The position numbers were made by a program, and so were the translations under genes. A DNA stretch of 64,000 nt. Source: a virus. The notes under the pieces were generated by a model. That model saw only the letters and a program-made list of their open reading frames with translations, was not told the DNA's origin and searched no databases. Shown here piece by piece: positions 56,845 to 64,000 of the stretch (its first letter is position 1; the number at the start of each line of letters is the position of its first letter). The DNA lies in IMG/VR virus record IMGVR_UViG_2124908013_000169; one strand, 5' to 3'.

Positions 56845-59800
56845 TTTAGCCAATTTTAGGCCTCAAAATCCTCTTCATTTTGCTCCATTCGGGCGATTTC
56901 TTCCATTTTTACACCTACATAAGTGTTCGATTCCTTCAAATATGAGTCGATTGTAGGGTCAACTTCGTTGTCATCTAACCCAAATAAGCCAAATCCATAC
57001 TCTCCATCGAAGTCATGTTTGTTCAAAGCGATACAAATAAGGCTAATTTCCTCATGGTCATCCATGTTAATCAGTCTAATTTTACCGTCATCATGTACTT
57101 CTGAGAAGCAATTGAAGAGAATATCTTGCATTACATCGTCTACGCTAATATCCAAATCAGCCGCAAGTAACTCTGAATAATGGATAATTAACTCCGCCAT
57201 ACTTACGTGTTCAGGCTTAGTCCACTCGCATTCGCCCCCGAAGAAGTCCACACGATACTCACGAAGTGTCTCATGTAAGTTCGCATCATGATAATCTGCC
57301 TTCTCATCTACGATAAACGCATAGTCAAATAACCGCCAAATAACACGTCGTGCATACGTCTCAACATTACGCATACGATGCTCTTTATAAAGATGCAAAG
57401 CATCCTCTGAATTCTTATCTACTCTCATGGGTAACTTCGCATCCTCCTCTCCCATCTCATTTAACTCTGCTTCAACCTGGTCTTCCTCCGCAAGTTCCTC
57501 TGGACTTTTCTGCGTTAAAGCCTCGTTGATACGTGAGATGCTAGCCCCTTTGTAGTTCTTATGATACGCCTTTGGTTCATGCTCAGGTCCGTGTGGGTCC
57601 TTTAGAATAACCGGCGAATCAGGGTCTTCACTAAGTTCTAAATCTTCTTTGAAGTTAACTGGTGTGAAATCCTCAGTTACTTCTGGTTCTTTTTCAAGTT
57701 CGGTCTTTACCGTTTTATAAGCATCGTATAACATCATACAACCTTTAACGGCAAAGCCAACCGCAGTACCTGCTAAGGCACCACGGAGGATTGCTTTACC
57801 TATCAAACTCATAAATATACACTCCTTAATTATTATGCGTATAACCCACCTGGTAATTTAACTTTGTCGTAAATTGGTTTTGGTGCTGGCCAAGAAATAT
57901 ATCTAGATTGGTAAACTCCTTCTGGGTCTTCAACGTCTACGATATGTTCATATAAATCAAATCCGTCAGTCATTGTCCAACCCATTGAGTTACCATCTTT
58001 AACTCTAGGAGCTCTAAACGCGTCACGCACTTGGTTTAAAAGAAGTGTACCGTCACGCCCTAAAATATCATCACATGTTCGTCTTGCGTCAGCCACAAGT
58101 GACCCATTGTACGACGCATCATCACGGGCGAATTCTTCAGACTCTTCAAGCCAGAACCCATGTAAGTTAAACTTGTCTACTTTTTGTACAGTTTCAAGCT
58201 CTTGAACAACACGCTCTTGTGTAGTAGTGTAATACGCACGTTCTTTCTCTTCACCAACATCCTCACGTACGACTTCACGATATTTGTCATACTCAAGTTT
58301 AAGTAGAGAATATGCACTAGCTAACACTTTGAAACGACGGCTAGAAATACCCCAAGATAAGGCGAAGCATCCTAATGAAGCTAAACCTAAAGCTACTACT
58401 GGTGCTACGATTTTAATAGAACCTACAACATACGCTACTTTGTTTTGTTTTAAATCTGCATCTACTTCTGCTGGGTTGTGTCCTTCTTGATGTGTAAGGA
58501 TAGTCTGTTCAGTTTCTGTGTACTTCGCTGACAACTCATCCATTTGACGTGTTGCTTTAACAGTTAAGGCGATAGTACCTACAGTACCTGCGGCTCCAGC
58601 TACAGCTAAATATGTGTGTCCATGCTTAGCAAAGTGCGTTCCAATCTTACTTCCAATTTGTACAATTTTTTCAAACATTATAATATACCTCCGTATTGTT
58701 TTTAACTGCTGCGTGATACTTATCAATATCCGCAATTTCTTCCGCTAATAAGAAGCGGTTATGTGTGATGTCCCAGACGCCACCACGGTCGAATACAAGC
58801 CGTATAAGCTCTCCTGAGCTACGGTCGATGTAATCTACACGGTGGTCCCAAAACGCTCTTAAATCGTCTGTAAACGCGTAAATATAGTCAATTAGACCCA
58901 TACGGATATGGACCTCCGAATTGTCGACGATTTCGAAGTGTCCTTCCGTACGTTTAATCTTAAATTTACCCATAAGTAACTCCTATCTACGCACTCTTTT
59001 TGTTGGTGGGAACTCGATTACCCAGCCTTGGTCAACCCTAACTGGTCTAGCTCCACCCAAACTTGTCCAACCGTATGAGTCATCATAAGACCCTGTTGGG
59101 ATACCAATCATTGAATAATAATCGGCAATTGTTGCTGCACCACGTTCAGACGTTGCGATAATATCTCTTAACTCATCGATGATATCATAAGCGTCTTGTT
59201 CCTCAATGATTGCATAATCTTTAGGACGACGACCTGTGCCTGATGCGACAGATACGTTGGAATATCTAGAGCCGCTGCGTTCACTACGGTAACTTCTACC
59301 ATAGTCGTAAAATCCACCAGAGCGTTGGCGTTCACTAGGAGTACCTCCGTCTCGGTAGAATACACTATTTACTGCTCCATGCAAAGCATCGGCAGCTAAG
59401 TTCTTAAGACCGGGAAGTATGATACTCTTCATCGCACTTCCCATAGTGTCTTTCAATCCGCCAGGTCCAATCACACGATATACCATGCGCTCCAATAGCG
59501 GTTTTTTAACAGGTTGTTGTTCGACTAACTCAACCACGATTTTTTCTTTTTCAGTCATACTATGACCTCCTTATTTCTTATTGATAATGATATTAATATT
59601 ATCTACTATAGGTCCTGCATATTTTGCGACCTTTTTACTACACCCCACTGCTAGAAATGCCACTACGTTCTCAAAATCGACGTATATCGCATCTTCGCCC
59701 ATGAAGTTAACATATACCCCAGTCGCACCAATAGAGCCTAATTTGAGCCCGTATGACTGTTTTATGAAGTACTGTAAATTCTTTAACACTTTCATTCTAT

Positions 59801-60238
59801 CCATATAACACACCTTATTCTATAACTTTTTCTGCCAAATCTGGGAATGTCGGTATAGCAATAATCTCCTTATCAAGAGCTCTATACTCACCCCAGAAAG
59901 AATTGTCTTTAATATCCCACATTTTAGTTTTTGTAATTAATCGTGATAGTGGGTATTTAAAAGTCGCAACTTCTTTATTGGTTTTATTGTAACGAATTCT
60001 TTCAACCACCATAAGTCTTGAGTTGTGTTTTTGTAACATTAGTATTCTATGAACGTCGTCTTTGTCATCACCGGTTCTTTTGAACAATAAGTAATTAGGT
60101 ATCAAAAGTCCAGGTAATATTGTAACGTCATCTCCAAAGTAGAATATGCTTCTGTCATTTAATCTAATAAATAATCTTTTTGTAAACTCAGTTTTATTAA
60201 CTCCAACAATATATAACTCTGTATCTAATTCATTCATT

Positions 60239-61717
60239 TTATTCATCCTCTTCTAAAAAATCTAAATACTTTTTCGCTTTCTTCAAATCTTCATCACCGT
60301 TCTTGTGTCCTTCACGGATTGTGTATTTTAACACATTACCCTTGCAGAAACCACGGAACTCATCTTCAGTTAACGCCCCACGAATAACATCAATCGCTTC
60401 GATATCTAACCCACGTAGCTTGTAGTGGTTTGGCGAGTCCACGTTGTCGCTAACTAGTTTTTCATTTAAGTGCGCCTTTAGTACATCATGGTTCAACTTT
60501 GCTTTCATTTCATCTACATATATTTGCCATGAGTATCTTTCCGCGTCACGCAGCTCATCTAATACTGGTTGTACCATTTCACGAAGTGTTTGGGGTTTGT
60601 TATCCGTAGATTCTCTAGTGACTGCGTCCTCAAACCCATGTTCCTTACGAATTTCGTTTAAGGTTTTCTTTTTATCATCTTTAACTCTCATAGCATCGCG
60701 TAAGTTCTTATCGAATTTCTTAAGGGTTTCTTCATCACACCATTTAAAATCCTTCATATTTTCCTCAAAACGTTCAGATGGAGTTTTGATTCCAAGAATA
60801 TCTTTACGAATTTTGTTCCACCATTTACGACCGCTTCCTTTAGGTGTTAATGCACCCTCAATACCATCATCGAAGATATTAATATAGTCTACGTGGAATT
60901 CTACAGTTTCTTCCTTCTCAGGTTCACCCCAATCGTCATTACTAGATAAATATGGACGATTTTCTGCGTATAAAGTGACTTCAAATACATCACGGTTTAA
61001 TTCAGATAGAAATAAGTCGTGGAGCAGTTTCCAGCTATGATATTTTTGGATTCCAATTACTTGTCTTTCAAGTTCTTCTTTATTGAATGCATAAATATGG
61101 TTTAACTCACCGTCATCCTCAAGTTCAAACATATCTAATGTTCTCTCTTTTTTATTTGGAAAGATAACTTTAGTGTCGTAGCCAAGATTGTTTACTACCG
61201 CAATACCACCGTCTCGTTCATACACACATGCCACTTCTGGCGCAATAGGGTACCACTTATTACCTGAGACATTAATGAACAGGATACCATCGTAAACGGT
61301 AGTGTTAAGCATTCTGTAAGCTTCAGGTATTGAAAAGATATCGTCACCAGGGAACCCTAATTTAGTTTTAGTTACGGCATTCAGCATCATAGCGATGTCT
61401 TTAGCTTGTATACATACATCATTTTTGTCGTTGTAGTGTTTAGAATATGTTCGTTCAATCATTCGGTCGTATGAGATTTTACCCTCTTTTTTATAATTCT
61501 TATATACACTTACAACACGGTTGTCAAGAATACGCACTGAGAATTTATCTCTACCTCGTTTAAGACCTAAGTCGGTATTCTCGCATGCAAGGAACCAATC
61601 CTCAACATCGTCAAATATCATCACCCATTGTTGTCCGTTCATACAAGCGTATAGGTCTCCACAAATAAGGCGTAAGTTGTCTCGGTCCCATTTCTTTTCT
61701 TCAAATAAGTTTTTCAT
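60239..61717 (-). CDS. DUF3310-like multidomain protein (repeat copy)
   Basis: Identical to 15650-17128. Confidence 0.75.
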   Translation of the reverse strand: MKNLFEEKKWDRDNLRLICGDLYACMNGQQWVMIFDDVEDWFLACENTDLGLKRGRDKFSVRILDNRVVSVYKNYKKEGKISYDRMIERTYSKHYNDKNDVCIQAKDIAMMLNAVTKTKLGFPGDDIFSIPEAYRMLNTTVYDGILFINVSGNKWYPIAPEVACVYERDGGIAVVNNLGYDTKVIFPNKKERTLDMFELEDDGELNHIYAFNKEELERQVIGIQKYHSWKLLHDLFLSELNRDVFEVTLYAENRPYLSSNDDWGEPEKEETVEFHVDYINIFDDGIEGALTPKGSGRKWWNKIRKDILGIKTPSERFEENMKDFKWCDEETLKKFDKNLRDAMRVKDDKKKTLNEIRKEHGFEDAVTRESTDNKPQTLREMVQPVLDELRDAERYSWQIYVDEMKAKLNHDVLKAHLNEKLVSDNVDSPNHYKLRGLDIEAIDVIRGALTEDEFRGFCKGNVLKYTIREGHKNGDEDLKKAKKYLDFLEEDE

Positions 61718-64000
61718 AGTAATCCTAACTCCTTTGCTCTTTCCATTGTAACAAATACTTGATTGTCTAATTCTTCTAAATACGCGATATCGCTTTCTAT
61801 AAATTCACGACGAAATTCTTTATCCATAGTTTCGTCGTTTTCGATAACTTGTTTAGCCGTGAGTCTATTCTCTTCCAATATGATATTGTTTGAGTCAACA
61901 ACAATCCGTCTAAATACATAACAAGAACCGAACTCAATTGTTATGATGTGTTTATTAGCAAATATACTACTTTGTACAGTAGCTACGAACATGCTCTCTA
62001 CATACATAGTATTTGTCACACCACAAGCGATTAGATACCATTTACCATCAAGTTTAATGAATAACTTACGTCTAACTACACGTACTTGTTCTACGGTTAC
62101 CATTAGATTTTTCCTCCAGTATCTTTAAGCCATTCTTCATGTGTCAAGTTTACAAATGCGATACCCGCATGAATATCTAGTGATTGCTCTTCCGCCCAAG
62201 TGCTGCGTCGGATAATATCACTAGCATCGAAACGGGATTGTGTGGTTACGTTTCTTGCCACGTCTTTAACATCTCGGTGACAAATAACGCCAGCGTCCAT
62301 TGCGTACCCATTATATACCATCCAATGTGTTCTAAGGTTATCTGTACCTGAGACAATATCCCCAACGTCAATAACCCAGTATCCATCACGGGTTTCAATT
62401 TTCTTCACCATACCCGTTAACAGATACCATGTATCACGAATATACACATACGCCTTATCATCTACTTGTCTAACATATTTAATTGTATCCATTATTTAGC
62501 CTCCTTAAGTCCTCTTAAATGTTTTGTAAAATCACTGTGGTTTGTAGGTAATAACTCAATCACAACAACTGGTTTGCCATCTGTATTGGTTGTGACAGTG
62601 AAGTATTTTGCCTGTCTGCGCTCTCCTTCAAACCAAACGTTAAAGTCTGCGTTATCAATACCGTTTGTTACTTCTAAAAGTCTGACATCGGTATTACTGT
62701 CAAACTCGATAGACACCTGGTCATTCCCAGAGTCTAACGTCTGACTTAGACGGTAATCGTATTTGTCTAAGCCGAATGGGTATTCACTCATGTTTTCACC
62801 TCCTCAGAAAAATAAGAAAGGTTCGATTTTATTCAAATCTAGAAACCACGAGGGTCTCTCCTTTCATTATAGGGTATGTTTTTGTTGCGAATTAAATCTT
62901 TTACGTAATTTAGAAGACGAATGAATCCATTCACCCTCAATAAGTTCTTGATACTCATCAATCAGAATACCGTTTGTTGTTACTCGATATTTGAACTTTA
63001 CTGGCGTATCTCCGTAATTACTATTTACTGTAAAGCTGTATTTATTAATCGCCTCAAGCTCAAACGCAAAGAACTCAAACGGACAGCTAAAAAGTTTATA
63101 GCCATTCCATGAAATAACGAAGCGGTCGCCCTCATGTGAATACTCTAACGGAATTCGTTTTGCTCTCCAAAAACACATATATTTGCCTCCTTAACACAAC
63201 ACTCTTGCGCTTAGTTGCATCCAGCTGGTGTCGAATATCTCTCTTTGAAATGGGACTTTCATCATCGTCTCCACAAGTACATGCCCATTACTAATAGAAT
63301 ATACATCACGCATCTCCATGTTATTATGAGGTGACGCGTAATCAATATAAAATGATTTATCATCTTCCATAGTAATAACACCTTCATGTGTTAACGGACA
63401 GCTGAATACCACTTCTCTACCAAATAAGATTTGGATTTCTTTATCTGTGGTTTTCTTCTTGAATTTCATAGGAACGCACCTAATGCAATAATGATTAATA
63501 TGATAAGCGCTAGGTACATACATCCAAGCATATCAAATATAACGCTGATGAACCATAGTACGCTCATCACCATAAGTAATATTAACATAATTAAGAACGA
63601 AAACATTTAATCAACTCCTTACAAGTAATTTTGAATGCCATACCGAACATGATTAAAGCCATGAAAGCTGCAATCGTATCGATGATAGCAAATAATACAC
63701 CCCACCAAGGCATGAACGCCCAGATGATTGTATCATGCTTAAGTGTCTCAATAAGCAATGCTAAACGGTTTAGTGGATATGCAAACATCATAAAGGTATA
63801 TAATAGTAACATTAATACACGTGAAATAATTTTATTTGTTTTACTCGTATTCATGGTCAAATTCTCCTCTTTCTTCCATAATCTCTAACTCAGGTTTCCA
63901 TACTAAATAATTAAGTGTTTTAAGCCACGCTGTAGCAAATACAAGCTGTCCTAAGAAGAACACGAACCCATTAGTTTCATGGATTGCATAGCTGATTGCT

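Larger units (their letters stand above)
44590..64000. repeat. Second copy of 1-19411; all features in 1-19411 recur at +44589
   Basis: Identical ORF track at constant offset. Confidence 0.97.

Overview
The window is a complete 44,589-bp tailed (siphovirus-like) phage genome followed by a second copy of its first 19,411 bp (1-19411 recurs at 44590-64000). This indicates a circular or concatemeric assembly read past one unit length. All credible genes are on the minus strand, and no integrase or repressor is visible. The choline-binding endolysin points to a choline-decorated Bacillota host such as an oral streptococcus or relative. Modules in transcription order: holin/terminase small subunit/HNH, collagen fibre, endolysin, head (terminase large subunit, portal, protease-capsid fusion), tail, an array of nine promoter-microgene-terminator cassettes, expanded small-gene families, an iteron-rich origin candidate, a helicase-primase-exonuclease-PolB fusion, recombination genes, and a single-chain two-barrel RNA polymerase (RYP...ADFDGD) with several HTH domains. 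The most notable candidate system has three parts: this RNAP; 11 copies of a non-canonical fixed-spacing promoter motif, one upstream of the RNAP gene itself; and an (L/V/M)xH motif shared by the RNAP N-terminus, a polybasic head-module protein and the capsid linker, suggesting virion packaging or processing. Other notable signals are a likely -1 frameshift extending the capsid protein and a 25-bp RNA duplex enclosing exactly one gene. All calls come from reading motifs by eye; no database searches were run.
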